From Raphidiopsis brookii D9 (GTDB taxonomy: Bacteria > Cyanobacteriota > Cyanobacteriia > Cyanobacteriales > Nostocaceae), in assembly GCA_000175855.1 (NCBI GenBank), contig ACYB01000021.1, positions 58,656-90,655 on the forward strand: DNA of 32,000 nt, written 5' to 3'. The notes beneath the pieces were generated by a model. It was given only the letters and a program-made list of their open reading frames with translations. It was not told where the DNA came from and searched no databases. Below, piece after piece: positions 9,199-19,112 of the stretch. The first letter of the stretch is position 1, and each line of letters starts with the position of its first letter. A program made the position numbers and the translations under genes.

Positions 9199-10059
9199 AT
9201 GATCATGCTACAGAACACAATGGAACCCATAATCAGAGAAATTATATGGCACAAAAAACTAGAGATTACCCAAATTCAACAGGAAATGTCTCTTGCTTCT
9301 CTCCAACGTCAATTAACTGCTGCTCCTAGTGTGAGAGATTTTTTCACTGCTTTGCAACAAAACATTTACAAACCTAGTTTAATTGCAGAAGTGAAAAGGA
9401 TATTCTCCGATGAGAATATGCTTTCATCTGATTTTGATGCTTTGTCTATTGCTAAATCCTATGAACGAACTGGGGCAGCTTGTATATCTGTTGTGACGGA
9501 TCAAAAGTTTTTCCATGGTGGGTTTGATCAGCTGCGCATCGTTCGACATAAAGTCACTCTACCCATTTTATGTAAAGATTTTATTCTGGATCCATGTCAA
9601 ATTTACTTAGCACGAGCAGCAGGAGCAGATGCAATCTTATTAATTGCCGCCATTCTCACGGATCAGCAAATTAATAACTTTTTACGGGTAATTCATTATT
9701 TAGGAATGAATGCTGTAATAGAAGTTCATAATTTGATGGAGTTAGACCGTGTTCTCAGGTTAGAGGATGTGCGTATTATCGCCATTAATAATCGCCGTTT
9801 GGAGGATTTAACCATTAATATCAACACCACTCTGGAGTTAATGGCTGTCAGAAAATCACACCTACATAATTTAGGGATTTTAGTAGTAAGTGAGTCAGGA
9901 ATTGAGACATCTGAGGATTTATCCTTGATGGCTAATGTTGGTGTCAATGGGGTATTAGTAGGAGATTGTTTACTGCGAGAAGAAAATTTAGAGGATGCAG
10001 TGAAAGAGTTGTTAAAATCCCAAGTTTATGGTTTTGGTAGTCCGAGTTATAAAAGCTAA
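9199..10059 (+). CDS. Indole-3-glycerol-phosphate synthase paralog (TrpC-like)
   Basis: 286 aa; LIAEVKR, TDQKFFHGGFDQL, LPILCKDFI, VIEVHNLMEL, IAINNRRLEDL, VVSESGI, GVLVGD. The usual SPSKG segment is absent (see findings). Confidence 0.85.
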   Translation: MIMLQNTMEPIIREIIWHKKLEITQIQQEMSLASLQRQLTAAPSVRDFFTALQQNIYKPSLIAEVKRIFSDENMLSSDFDALSIAKSYERTGAACISVVTDQKFFHGGFDQLRIVRHKVTLPILCKDFILDPCQIYLARAAGADAILLIAAILTDQQINNFLRVIHYLGMNAVIEVHNLMELDRVLRLEDVRIIAINNRRLEDLTININTTLELMAVRKSHLHNLGILVVSESGIETSEDLSLMANVGVNGVLVGDCLLREENLEDAVKELLKSQVYGFGSPSYKS

Positions 10060-10123
10060 TCAAGCCAGCTCCTAAACTTCCACAAGAGGTAAAGGAGCTT
10101 TTTTATGCTTAGGATTTACCATG

Positions 10124-11596
10124 CTATTTAACAACTTTGAGGGTATGACAACTTGTATCCACACAACCTGTAATCACTCCTCCTAAATCCTGCACCTGCT
10201 GTAAATAGTCTAGGGCTGATTTTGTAATTCTTTCTCCTGGCATTAATATTGGTATTCCTGGAGGATATGGACAAATGTTTTCTGCACAAATTCTATCCAC
10301 CGTCTTTTCTAAAGGTAGAATTTCACTTGTGGCAAAAAAAGCCTCACGGGGAGAAATGCACAACCTATTATCTGGCTGATAATTAAATATTATCTTAGAG
10401 ATTATGTTAGAGGTTCTCGTCCCATATTTCCTAGACCTGGGTATATCATTGTATTTTTTAAAACCTTTTACCAAGGCATTAATATCTGATTCATTATTTC
10501 CTAAACTAATAATAAATGTAACATTCTCAAAAGAGGAAAACTCTGGTACAATACCCATTTCAATTAGGAAATCTTCTGCAATAAAGCCTGTAATGTCTAA
10601 TTCTTTTACATTCACGTTTAATCGAGTTTTATCCAGATCAAAAAAGCCTGGTTGCCTAATTTTTGGCAATTCTAAAACTGATAAACCAGGAACTTCTCGA
10701 ATTTTATTTCTAGCTATATTTGCTAAATCTAGGGTTTTCTGCATCAACTTTTCACCATCTATAGCCATTTGCTGACGTGCTGCATCAAGGGAAGCTAAAA
10801 GTATAAAACTCGGACTGGTGGATTGTACTAATTGTACAGCCTGATTTAATCTATCAATATTAATTCTATTTCCCTGAATATGTAACATTGATGTTTGGGT
10901 CATGGCCCCCAGAGTCTTATGAATAGATTGTATGGTTAAATCCGCACCTGCGGTTAAGGCGGATATGGGTAAATGATCATGAAAATTAAGATGGGCACCA
11001 TGAGCTTCATCAACTATTAAAGGAATATTATATTCATGAGTAACTCGACAGATGGCTTTTAAATTCCCACAAACTCCATCATAGGTTGGATAAACCACTA
11101 ATACAGCCTTAGCCTGGGGATGTTGAGCTAAAGCTACTTGTAAGTCTTTCGGTGTAATACTATGAGTAATATCCACATCTTGATCATACTGGGGATTGAT
11201 AAAAATGGGAATGGCACCAGCTATAATCAGTCCAGAAACCACAGATGAATGTATATTTCTGGGTAGAAGGATATGCTGATTTGGTCCACAAACGGTCATA
11301 ATTGCTGCTATAATACCGCAACTAGAGCCATTGACTAAAAACCAAGTTCTTTGAGCACCAAACGCCATGGCGGCTAATTCTTGTGCTGCTAAAATTGCAC
11401 TTTCAGGTGCGAACAAATTATCTAATTCTGATAGTTCGGTTAAATCGGCTCTAAATACGTCTTTACCAAGCAAATCGGTTAAAATGGGTGAAACTCCTGC
11501 ACCCCGTTTATGTCCAGGAGTATAAAAGGGGGTATGGTTTTTCGATATGCAGGATTTTAAGGCATCAATTAGGGGAGTTTGGCTTTGGTTCAACAT
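10124..11596 (-). CDS. Orn/Lys/Arg decarboxylase family, PLP-dependent
   Basis: 490 aa; YTPGHKRGAG, LVNGSSCGI, IVDEAHGAH, QSIHKTLGAMTQTSML. Confidence 0.88.
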   Translation of the reverse strand: MLNQSQTPLIDALKSCISKNHTPFYTPGHKRGAGVSPILTDLLGKDVFRADLTELSELDNLFAPESAILAAQELAAMAFGAQRTWFLVNGSSCGIIAAIMTVCGPNQHILLPRNIHSSVVSGLIIAGAIPIFINPQYDQDVDITHSITPKDLQVALAQHPQAKAVLVVYPTYDGVCGNLKAICRVTHEYNIPLIVDEAHGAHLNFHDHLPISALTAGADLTIQSIHKTLGAMTQTSMLHIQGNRINIDRLNQAVQLVQSTSPSFILLASLDAARQQMAIDGEKLMQKTLDLANIARNKIREVPGLSVLELPKIRQPGFFDLDKTRLNVNVKELDITGFIAEDFLIEMGIVPEFSSFENVTFIISLGNNESDINALVKGFKKYNDIPRSRKYGTRTSNIISKIIFNYQPDNRLCISPREAFFATSEILPLEKTVDRICAENICPYPPGIPILMPGERITKSALDYLQQVQDLGGVITGCVDTSCHTLKVVK

Positions 11597-11734
11597 CGAA
11601 AGATCTCTCTCAAGTTAAAAAATCAACAAATCGTCAATCTAATCTCGCAAAATAGTGTTAATTTATATGGAGTTATTCCCGATTTTTCAACATCTGTCCA
11701 TGAAATCTGCTACATCTTTGATGATAATATCGCC

Positions 11735-12751
11735 ATGAATGCGCATCTAGGATCTGCTGTGCTAAATTCCGCAAGTTTAACCATGCACCCAGTCACCACG
11801 GGAGTGACTGACAATCAACGTCTGCGATTATTTTCTGGATCGGCCAATATCCAATTAGCTCAAGAAGTGGCACGCTACTTGGGCCTGGACTTGGGCCCCA
11901 TGATCCGCAAAAGATTTGCGGATGGTGAGTTGTATATTCAAATTCAAGAGTCTATTCGCGGTTGTGATGTTTATTTAATTCAACCAACTTGTAAGCCAGT
12001 TAATGACCATTTAATGGAATTACTAATCATGATTGATGCCTGTCGTCGTGCTTCTGCTAGACAGATTACGGCAGTAGTTCCTTATTATGGTTACGCCCGT
12101 GCGGATCGAAAAACAGCTGGGAGAGAGTCTATTACTGCTAAATTAGTTGCTAACTTAATTACCCAAGCAGGGGCTAATCGAGTCCTGGCTATGGATTTAC
12201 ATGCGGCACAAATCCAGGGGTACTTTGATATACCCTTTGATCATGTTTATGGTTCGCCAGTTTTACTGGAGTACCTACAGAACAAAGCACTACAAGATAT
12301 TGTTGTGGTTTCTCCTGATGTGGGTGGGGTAGCTCGAGCTAGAGCATTTGCTAAAAAACTCAATGATGCTCCCCTGGCAATAATTGATAAACGTCGTCAA
12401 GCTCATAATGTAGCTGAAGTTCTGAATGTGATTGGGGATGTGAAGGGCAAAACAGCTGTTTTAGTTGATGATATGATTGATACGGGAGGTACCATTACTC
12501 AGGGAGCAAAGTTACTCCGAGAAGAAGGCGCCAGTCAAGTATATGCTTGTGCAACTCATGCAGTATTTTCACCACCAGCTATTGAACGTCTTTCCAGTGG
12601 ATTGTTTGAGGAGGTGATAGTTACTAATACGATTCCCATTCCCCAATCGGATCAATTCCCCCAATTAGTGGTGCTTTCAGTTGCTAATTTGCTTGGAGAG
12701 GCCATTTGGCGTATTCATGAGGACACTTCTCTGAGTAGTTTATTTCGTTAG
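11735..12751 (+). CDS. prs: Ribose-phosphate pyrophosphokinase
   Basis: LRLFSGSANIQLAQEVARYLG..., VVPYYGYARADRK, VVSPDVGGVARARAFAK, AVLVDDMIDTGGT. I place the start at ATG 11735 (MNAHLGSAVLNSA); the track's 11579 start would overlap the decarboxylase gene. Confidence 0.93.
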   Translation: MNAHLGSAVLNSASLTMHPVTTGVTDNQRLRLFSGSANIQLAQEVARYLGLDLGPMIRKRFADGELYIQIQESIRGCDVYLIQPTCKPVNDHLMELLIMIDACRRASARQITAVVPYYGYARADRKTAGRESITAKLVANLITQAGANRVLAMDLHAAQIQGYFDIPFDHVYGSPVLLEYLQNKALQDIVVVSPDVGGVARARAFAKKLNDAPLAIIDKRRQAHNVAEVLNVIGDVKGKTAVLVDDMIDTGGTITQGAKLLREEGASQVYACATHAVFSPPAIERLSSGLFEEVIVTNTIPIPQSDQFPQLVVLSVANLLGEAIWRIHEDTSLSSLFR

Positions 12752-12831
12752 TTGACATGCTAATCGCGATATTATCTAAATAAGTTAGTAGCTTGACTTT
12801 CCCGTTTCTATAGTAAGGTATAAGTAGAACC

Positions 12832-13290
12832 ATGTCTAAAACTGTTGCCCAGGTGATGACCCATAATCCGATTATGGTTAATCCTCAAACTCCTTTAAAA
12901 CAGGCAATCCAAATCTTGGCTGAGAAGCAAATTAGCGGGTTACCTGTGGTTGATGATATGGGTAAGTTGGTGGGGATTATCTCAGAAACGGATCTAATGT
13001 GGCAAGAAACGGGAATTACCCCTCCTGCATACATTATGTTTTTGGATAGTGTGATTTACTTACAAAACCCTGCTACTTACGAACGGGATTTACACAAAGC
13101 TCTGGGACAAACTGTGGGGGAAGTGATGAGTAACAATCCGATCACTATTAGTCCTGATCAGTCTTTGAAAGCAGCAGCAAAAATTATCCAGGACCACAAG
13201 GTTCGTCGTCTCCCCGTGGTTGATGATTCTGCTACTGTAATTGGTATTCTGACCCGTGGTGATATTATTCGCGCTATGGCATACGATTGA
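12832..13290 (+). CDS. Tandem CBS-domain protein
   Basis: 152 aa; two CBS motifs (VAQVMTHNPIMVNPQTPLKQAIQIL...; VGEVMSNNPITISPDQSLKAAAKII...). Confidence 0.9.
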   Translation: MSKTVAQVMTHNPIMVNPQTPLKQAIQILAEKQISGLPVVDDMGKLVGIISETDLMWQETGITPPAYIMFLDSVIYLQNPATYERDLHKALGQTVGEVMSNNPITISPDQSLKAAAKIIQDHKVRRLPVVDDSATVIGILTRGDIIRAMAYD

Positions 13291-13298
13291 TTGTTCTT

Positions 13299-14423
13299 CT
13301 AGTTGTTTGCTTCCAGCAATCGGGAGGTTTCAAATCTATCCATCCACTTTTCCAAGTACACTAGATTGGCTGTCTGTTCGCTAGGATCCTCTGTGTCTAT
13401 GGTATATGGCATTAATCCTAGAATAGCTGCGGTTGTCACACAAAACATGGACTTTTGAAAGCTTATACAGATTTGCACCAGCAAGTCCTCTTCACCTCTC
13501 AAACTGCGACGGTAAATCTCGTGGAGATATTCGGGTAGATAATGGCGCATATCATGCATTAATAATGTGGGTGGAACACCTGAACCACCAATAGGGAGGG
13601 GATCCGCATATAAAGCACCATATTCAAATCTGGCCTGGTCTGGGGGAACCTGATATGCTTGGGCGTTTAGGGACACTGTTCCTAAAAAGGGTGTGCCTCG
13701 GAAAAATACTGCTTCTACGTAGGGAATAGCTGTGTCGTCCAAGAATGTTAATCCTATGGATTTAGGAATAATATCATAAACTTGCTCCCGAATTTTTACT
13801 TGGTAGGTGATTGGTTTCAAGGCATCCTTGACTAAACCAGCTTTGATGTGTTCTACTACTTGAGGAATAGATGTGATTTTTCCGAGATCGTACAGATCTG
13901 ATAAACCCAGAAAGATATCAGCCATGACTCGCCAAAATTGACCTAGACCACTATAATAGGCCGACATCCGCAATTGTTCAATTAAAAAGTCAGGAAACAG
14001 CTGGTTAAGACCTATAACTCCTAGGTTGTATTTGAATTTAGCTGATATTACGGCCTGGGATCTGTGGGCAAATTCAGGGCTATCTAAATAGGAATCTAGC
14101 CCCCCACCACCATGCCACATCATGGTTTTCATGCAGTATTCTGCATATTCAAAGTTAATCCGATCATGCCACAAATGACGGAATAATTGGGGAAGGGAGA
14201 TTTTGCCGTTAAAATATTTAAAAAATGGGAAGAATACTAAAAATTGATGATCTGCTATGTAGATGAGGTTTTGAGAATAAGCATCTAGGACCACACCATA
14301 ACTTTTGAGGATCCCTACAACTTCTAGAACATTTTCTGGACTGTCTTTGAGTAGGGCCTTTCCGGTTTGCAATTGCTCGATGAATTCATGTAGGGGATGA
14401 ACCCTGTTTTCAATCTGTTTCAT
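13299..14423 (-). CDS. cupB: CO2 hydration protein (ChpX/ChpY, CupA/CupB family) of NDH-1MS
   Basis: NLIYIADHQFLVFFPFFKYFNG, HDRINFEYAEYCMKTMMWHGGGGLDSYLD, YLEKWMDRF. I place the start at ATG 14423, an ATGA overlap with the ndhD stop. Cup family is recognised from sequence; the B (constitutive) paralog is inferred from position beside ccm genes. Confidence 0.85.
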   Translation of the reverse strand: MKQIENRVHPLHEFIEQLQTGKALLKDSPENVLEVVGILKSYGVVLDAYSQNLIYIADHQFLVFFPFFKYFNGKISLPQLFRHLWHDRINFEYAEYCMKTMMWHGGGGLDSYLDSPEFAHRSQAVISAKFKYNLGVIGLNQLFPDFLIEQLRMSAYYSGLGQFWRVMADIFLGLSDLYDLGKITSIPQVVEHIKAGLVKDALKPITYQVKIREQVYDIIPKSIGLTFLDDTAIPYVEAVFFRGTPFLGTVSLNAQAYQVPPDQARFEYGALYADPLPIGGSGVPPTLLMHDMRHYLPEYLHEIYRRSLRGEEDLLVQICISFQKSMFCVTTAAILGLMPYTIDTEDPSEQTANLVYLEKWMDRFETSRLLEANN

Positions 14424-15907
14424 TGACTTACTTGAGTTAATTGGCTTGCTGGTTTTTGCACACTCACCTGCACTGTTGCTTGACTCCAATGGGTTAACCA
14501 TGACGGTTGAATTCCCAAAATAATAATTAATCCCGCTAATACTACAGCAGGCAAGCGATCGCTCAGGTATACGGGAGGTAGTCTAACTACTTGTGATGAT
14601 AATCTGCCAAAGAAGGCCCGATTCACCAAAATTAGGAAATAAACTGCTGTTAAACCAGTTCCCACCATGGATAATAGGGTTTGGACTGGAAAAACCTCAT
14701 AGCTACCCCGGAAGATAATAAATTCTGAAATAAAACCTACCATCCCTGGTATACCTGCACTGGCCATAACTCCTAAAATCATTAGTGTGCCAACCACTGG
14801 CATTCCTCGCTCGGGATTTAATAACCCCCGCAGTACCTCTAAATCACGACTACCAGCTTTTTTGTATACTACACCCACCAGTAAGAACAACATGGCTGAA
14901 ATCAGTCCGTGACTCACCATTTGCATGATAGCACCTAGTACACTCAAAGGTGTGGCCGCTGCTGTCGCTAAAAGTACATAGCCCATGTGTCCAATAGAGC
15001 TATAGGCTACCATTTTTTTCATGTCCTTCTGAGCGATCGCACAGGATGCTCCAAATAATACACTAATTACCGCCCATGTTGCCAAGGTAGGTGCTGCATA
15101 TTCCCAGGCTTGGGGTAATAAGTTCATACCGAATCTAACCAGACCATAGGTTCCTAATTTCAACAGTACCCCCGCTAAAAGTACGGAAATGGGAGTGGAT
15201 GCTTCTACGTGGGCATCGGGTAACCAGGTATGAAAAGGAACAAGGGGGATTTTGATGCCAAATCCGATGATGATTCCGGCCAATAACAACAGTTGGGTGG
15301 TTAAAGGTAGAGTGTGAGCATTGACAGTTTCTAGGGCAAAACTGGGGGAATGACTCAACCAAATCATTCCCAAGAAACTGGCCAGAATGAGGATTCCTGA
15401 GAGGGCGGTATAAATGAGAAACTTAGTAGCTGCATAACCTTTTCGTATTCCTCCCCAAATGGCAATTAGTAAGTATAGGGGAATCAGTTCTAATTCGTAA
15501 AACAGGAAGAACAATAATAGGTCTTGGGCTAAAAAAGCTCCAATTACTCCAGTGCTCAGTAAAAAAATTAAGGAATAATAAAACTTGGGACGCTGGATTG
15601 ACTCATCAGTACTGTAAATGGCAATAACGGTCAAAATTCCGTTCAACAATAGTAAGGGTAAGGATAAACCATCCACACCCAAACGATAGTTTAACCCCAA
15701 CACATCTATCCAAATCAGGGATTCGGTAAATTGGACATTCCCCTGGTTAGGGTCAAACTTAATTGTTAACAAAACAGTCCACAAAAAATACATTCCAGCA
15801 ATGGCCAAAGAGATTTGACGGGCAGTTCTTCCACTTATCGATGCTGGATAAAAACCAATCACAGCTGCACCAATTAGAGGTAGCAAAATTAGGGTACTTA
15901 ACATCAT
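14420..15907 (-). CDS. ndhD: NAD(P)H-quinone oxidoreductase subunit 4 (NdhD; D4-type inferred from context)
   Basis: 495 aa Mrp-type membrane subunit; LFYELELIPLYLLIAIWGG, PLVPFHTWLPDAHVEA, SSIGHMGYVLL. Confidence 0.92.
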   Translation of the reverse strand: MMLSTLILLPLIGAAVIGFYPASISGRTARQISLAIAGMYFLWTVLLTIKFDPNQGNVQFTESLIWIDVLGLNYRLGVDGLSLPLLLLNGILTVIAIYSTDESIQRPKFYYSLIFLLSTGVIGAFLAQDLLLFFLFYELELIPLYLLIAIWGGIRKGYAATKFLIYTALSGILILASFLGMIWLSHSPSFALETVNAHTLPLTTQLLLLAGIIIGFGIKIPLVPFHTWLPDAHVEASTPISVLLAGVLLKLGTYGLVRFGMNLLPQAWEYAAPTLATWAVISVLFGASCAIAQKDMKKMVAYSSIGHMGYVLLATAAATPLSVLGAIMQMVSHGLISAMLFLLVGVVYKKAGSRDLEVLRGLLNPERGMPVVGTLMILGVMASAGIPGMVGFISEFIIFRGSYEVFPVQTLLSMVGTGLTAVYFLILVNRAFFGRLSSQVVRLPPVYLSDRLPAVVLAGLIIILGIQPSWLTHWSQATVQVSVQKPASQLTQVSQ

Positions 15908-15964
15908 TAGTTCATCACCAGTTCATTATTGCTAATTTGGCATTTAGGAGGCTATTCACTACGA

Positions 15965-17821
15965 CTAGAAGGGTAATCTATTTAGTAAACCTAAGTAACC
16001 ACTAATCAAGAAACCAAGCAAACTGATCACCACCAGAATCGTTAACATATAACCCTGAGATTGACCAGAAACACTATATTTTAGGCTTTGTCCACCAAAC
16101 ATAGCTGCAAATCCCACCAGATTAACCAGACCATCTACTAAATAGCGATCGCACCAGGAGGATATTTTAGATAAGAGTGCTACTACACCGACTATGGTCA
16201 ACCGATATATTTTATCAATGTAAAAATCATATCCTAAGAAATCTTGAACAAATCTCCATGCCAAAATCCTCGATCTCGACCAACCCTTATGTAGATATAT
16301 GGTAGAGCCGATTACCACTCCCAAGACAGTGGAACCTACTAATGCCACAGCTATGTACCAATCAATATCTTCCCAGTCAGGAAGTAAGTACCATTGCTGA
16401 AGCATGACTGGTAATATTAAAGTTATAATTGTTAGGGTAACCATGGGAAGAGCCATGGGCCAACCTACTTCCGGGGCGCGACGGGTTTTTGTTGGGGGTT
16501 GTCCCCAAAAGATCAGACGAAAAACCCTAGTTAAATTTAGGGCGGTTAGGCCATTGACTAAAATTAACACCACAATCACCCAGGGACTAATCTTCACTAA
16601 ACCATCAGCCCACGCTAACATGGCCCAAAAACTTCCCAGGGGTAATAAGGTGACCATTCCCGCTGCACCCACCAAAAAAGCCATTGTTGTTGCTGGCATC
16701 CTTGACCATAACCCACCCATTTCCGTCAGATCTTGAGTTTGAGTGGTATATATAACAGAACCAGAACTCATAAATAATAGTGCCTTGGCGATCGCATGGG
16801 TTAACAGCAGCATCAGAGCTACACCGCCCTGCTCCATTCCTACCGCTAAAAATACCAATCCCATGTATGCACTTGTGGAATGAGATAGGGCGCGTTTAAT
16901 ATCAATTTGAGCTATTGAAACTAAAGTTGCTCCTACTGCTGTAACAGTACCCATAATAATCAAAGCATTCAAAGCCACGGGAGATAGGCTGAGGATTGGT
17001 TGAATTTTATAGAGAACATAGGCCCCACCAGCGACCACCAGAGAGTTGCGCATGACAGAGGCTGGGTTTGGCCCTTCCATAGCCTCATCTAGCCACAAAT
17101 GGAGGGGGAATTGGGCGCACTTACCAGCAGGTCCAGCAATTAGGGCTATACCTAGCAAGGTAGAAGTCAGAGGATTTAAATTTGCCCCTTGCATCCACTC
17201 ATAAAGGTCTGAAAAGTTGAGGCTATTAGCTTTAGTAGAAAGTATAACCACAGCCATAAGTAGTAACAGGTCTCCCACTCGCTTAGTTAAAAACGCATCC
17301 CTAGCTGCTGTTACCACTAGGGGTTGGGCATACCAAAAACCCACCAGTAGATAGGTAGAAAGAGTAAGAACCTCCAATAGAGCATAACTAAGAAATAAGG
17401 AGTCACTTACAGCTAATCCACTCAAAGCTGCTTCAAAAAATCCCAAGAGAGCAAAAAAGCGTGCTAGGGACCAGTCTTTTTCCATATAACCCAAAGCATA
17501 AGTTTGAGCTAATAGACCTAATCCGCTAATTAACACTAATGCTCCCACACTCACCTGGGATAATTCTAAAGCAAAATTTAACTGAAAATCGCCGAACTGA
17601 AACCAGTTAATTACTAAGCTTTGTGAATCTGTACCCTCCAAATTTTTAAATACAAGCAAGCTATGGAAGAAAGCCAATATAGTCATTAACAAGTTCAGAT
17701 AAGCAGCAGGTCTAGGACCCGTACTTTTAACTATTCCCACACACCAGGGTAGGCTCAGAATTGCCCCCAATAGGCTATAAAACGGCACAAACCAACTTGT
17801 GAATAATAAGACCTCATTCAT
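15965..17821 (-). CDS. ndhF: NAD(P)H-quinone oxidoreductase subunit 5 (NdhF; F4-type inferred from context)
   Basis: 618 aa; GKCAQFPLHLWLDEAMEGPNPASVMRNSLVVAGGAYVL, ALSHSTSAYMGLVFLAVG. Confidence 0.92.
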   Translation of the reverse strand: MNEVLLFTSWFVPFYSLLGAILSLPWCVGIVKSTGPRPAAYLNLLMTILAFFHSLLVFKNLEGTDSQSLVINWFQFGDFQLNFALELSQVSVGALVLISGLGLLAQTYALGYMEKDWSLARFFALLGFFEAALSGLAVSDSLFLSYALLEVLTLSTYLLVGFWYAQPLVVTAARDAFLTKRVGDLLLLMAVVILSTKANSLNFSDLYEWMQGANLNPLTSTLLGIALIAGPAGKCAQFPLHLWLDEAMEGPNPASVMRNSLVVAGGAYVLYKIQPILSLSPVALNALIIMGTVTAVGATLVSIAQIDIKRALSHSTSAYMGLVFLAVGMEQGGVALMLLLTHAIAKALLFMSSGSVIYTTQTQDLTEMGGLWSRMPATTMAFLVGAAGMVTLLPLGSFWAMLAWADGLVKISPWVIVVLILVNGLTALNLTRVFRLIFWGQPPTKTRRAPEVGWPMALPMVTLTIITLILPVMLQQWYLLPDWEDIDWYIAVALVGSTVLGVVIGSTIYLHKGWSRSRILAWRFVQDFLGYDFYIDKIYRLTIVGVVALLSKISSWCDRYLVDGLVNLVGFAAMFGGQSLKYSVSGQSQGYMLTILVVISLLGFLISGYLGLLNRLPF

Positions 17822-18160
17822 CTAAATCATCGGGCTCCAATTTTTCTTTCTTAAACAGGCTTAAAACAAATCTCGGTTTAGAGTAAGTCAACCTGACCAC
17901 AATCAAGTTTTTTAATATTTTTTTCATCTTTGTTCTCTCCTGGAGACCCCTGGTCTGGGTTGTTGACAATATTGCCGTCTTGAGCCCGACCACTCCTGGC
18001 GACTTCATTATTGTTTATACAGTTACCACAATTTGCCATATCAATCATAGTACCTGGGAAATTTTTCCGTGAGGATAACTTAGATTATACGCACCCTTGA
18101 CAAGTCATGATAGATGTGAATATATTCATTAACCAACACGGTTTATGGTGTTCTGGGCAG

Positions 18161-18183
18161 TTAAATTTTGTTAAGTTTTCTAA
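18161..18183. promoter_or_regulatory. Overlapping TTA-N8-TAA and TTA-N7-TAA motifs, possible LysR (CmpR/RbcR-type) site
   Basis: TTAAATTTTGTTAA (18161-18174) overlaps TTAAGTTTTCTAA (18171-18183) in the 527 bp divergent ndhF/ccmK intergenic. Motif match only, AT-rich context. Confidence 0.25.
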
Positions 18184-18348
18184 AACTATTTTATCACAAA
18201 CTATTATAGTAATTTATGTTGCCAGGGGTGCCCAGGTCTCATATCCTTAGATCTAGAAGTATTTGCTTCGCTCACAATGAGCATCCCCGTCAAAAATTTC
18301 TAACCAACCACAGTACAAAAGTCCTATTTAATTTTGAGGAGTTCTGCG

Positions 18349-18657
18349 ATGCCAATTGCAGTAGGAATGATTGAGACAAAAGGGTTTCCAGCAGTAGTAG
18401 AAGCCGCTGATGCGATGGTAAAAGCAGCCCGTGTTACCTTAGTAGGATATGAGAAGATCGGCAGCGCACGCGTTACCGTGATTGTGAGAGGGGACGTATC
18501 CGAGGTTCAAGCCTCAGTAGCAGCGGGTATTGAAGCGGCTAGAAGGGTAAATGGTGGAGAAGTATTATCAACTCATATCATCGCCCGTCCCCATGAGAAC
18601 CTGGAATATGTATTACCGATCAGGTATACAGAAGCAGTAGAGCAGTTCCGAACTTAG
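18349..18657 (+). CDS. ccmK1: Carboxysome shell hexamer protein CcmK (first copy)
   Basis: [38 protein letters not shown]... BMC domain; start moved to ATG 18349, preceded by GAGGAG. Confidence 0.93.
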   Translation: MPIAVGMIETKGFPAVVEAADAMVKAARVTLVGYEKIGSARVTVIVRGDVSEVQASVAAGIEAARRVNGGEVLSTHIIARPHENLEYVLPIRYTEAVEQFRT

Positions 18658-18764
18658 ACAAGTAGCTAGTTCCACAGCTTGCCCGACAGTAAAGAGGAAT
18701 AACTTTTTACTTTTGATAGTCAACAAACAATGTAAAATCACAATTGTAAGTAAGGATAGAGAAA

Positions 18765-19106
18765 ATGTCAATTGCAGTGGGAATGGTAGAAACCTTAGGG
18801 TTTCCCGCAGTAGTAGAAGCTGCTGATGCGATGGTAAAAGCAGCCCGTGTTACCTTAGTAGGATATGAGAAGATTGGCAGTGGTCGCGTAACAGTAATTG
18901 TGCGTGGTGACGTATCCGAAGTTCAAGCCTCAGTAGCAGCAGGAGTAGAAAACGTGAAGCGAGTCAATGGTGGACAGGTATTGTCTACCCATATTATTGC
19001 TCGCCCTCACGAAAACCTAGAGTACGTACTGCCAATTCGATATACAGAAGACGTAGAACAATTCCGGGAAGGGGTAAGCGGGATTCGCCCCTTTAGGAGA
19101 CCGTAA
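18765..19106 (+). CDS. ccmK2: Carboxysome shell hexamer protein CcmK (second copy)
   Basis: [54 protein letters not shown]... BMC domain. Confidence 0.93.
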   Translation: MSIAVGMVETLGFPAVVEAADAMVKAARVTLVGYEKIGSGRVTVIVRGDVSEVQASVAAGVENVKRVNGGQVLSTHIIARPHENLEYVLPIRYTEDVEQFREGVSGIRPFRRP

Positions 19107-19112
19107 TTAAAA

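Noticed and set aside
10404-10775. Plus-strand 123 aa ORF
   Set aside because: Fully antisense within the clearly coding Orn/Lys/Arg decarboxylase gene.
11579-11734. N-terminal extension of prs in the ORF track
   Set aside because: Overlaps the decarboxylase gene and lacks Prs-like content; ATG 11735 fits the family start.
17814-18008. Minus-strand 64 aa ORF upstream of ndhF
   Set aside because: Overlaps the ndhF start, no recognisable features, basic low-complexity translation; likely spurious in the divergent control region.
18220-18290. Repeat-like text (tgcttcgctcacaatgagcatcccc) before ccmK1 resembling the right-edge repeat
   Set aside because: Similarity to the 31949-32000 repeat is only a few short words; not enough to call a shared element.
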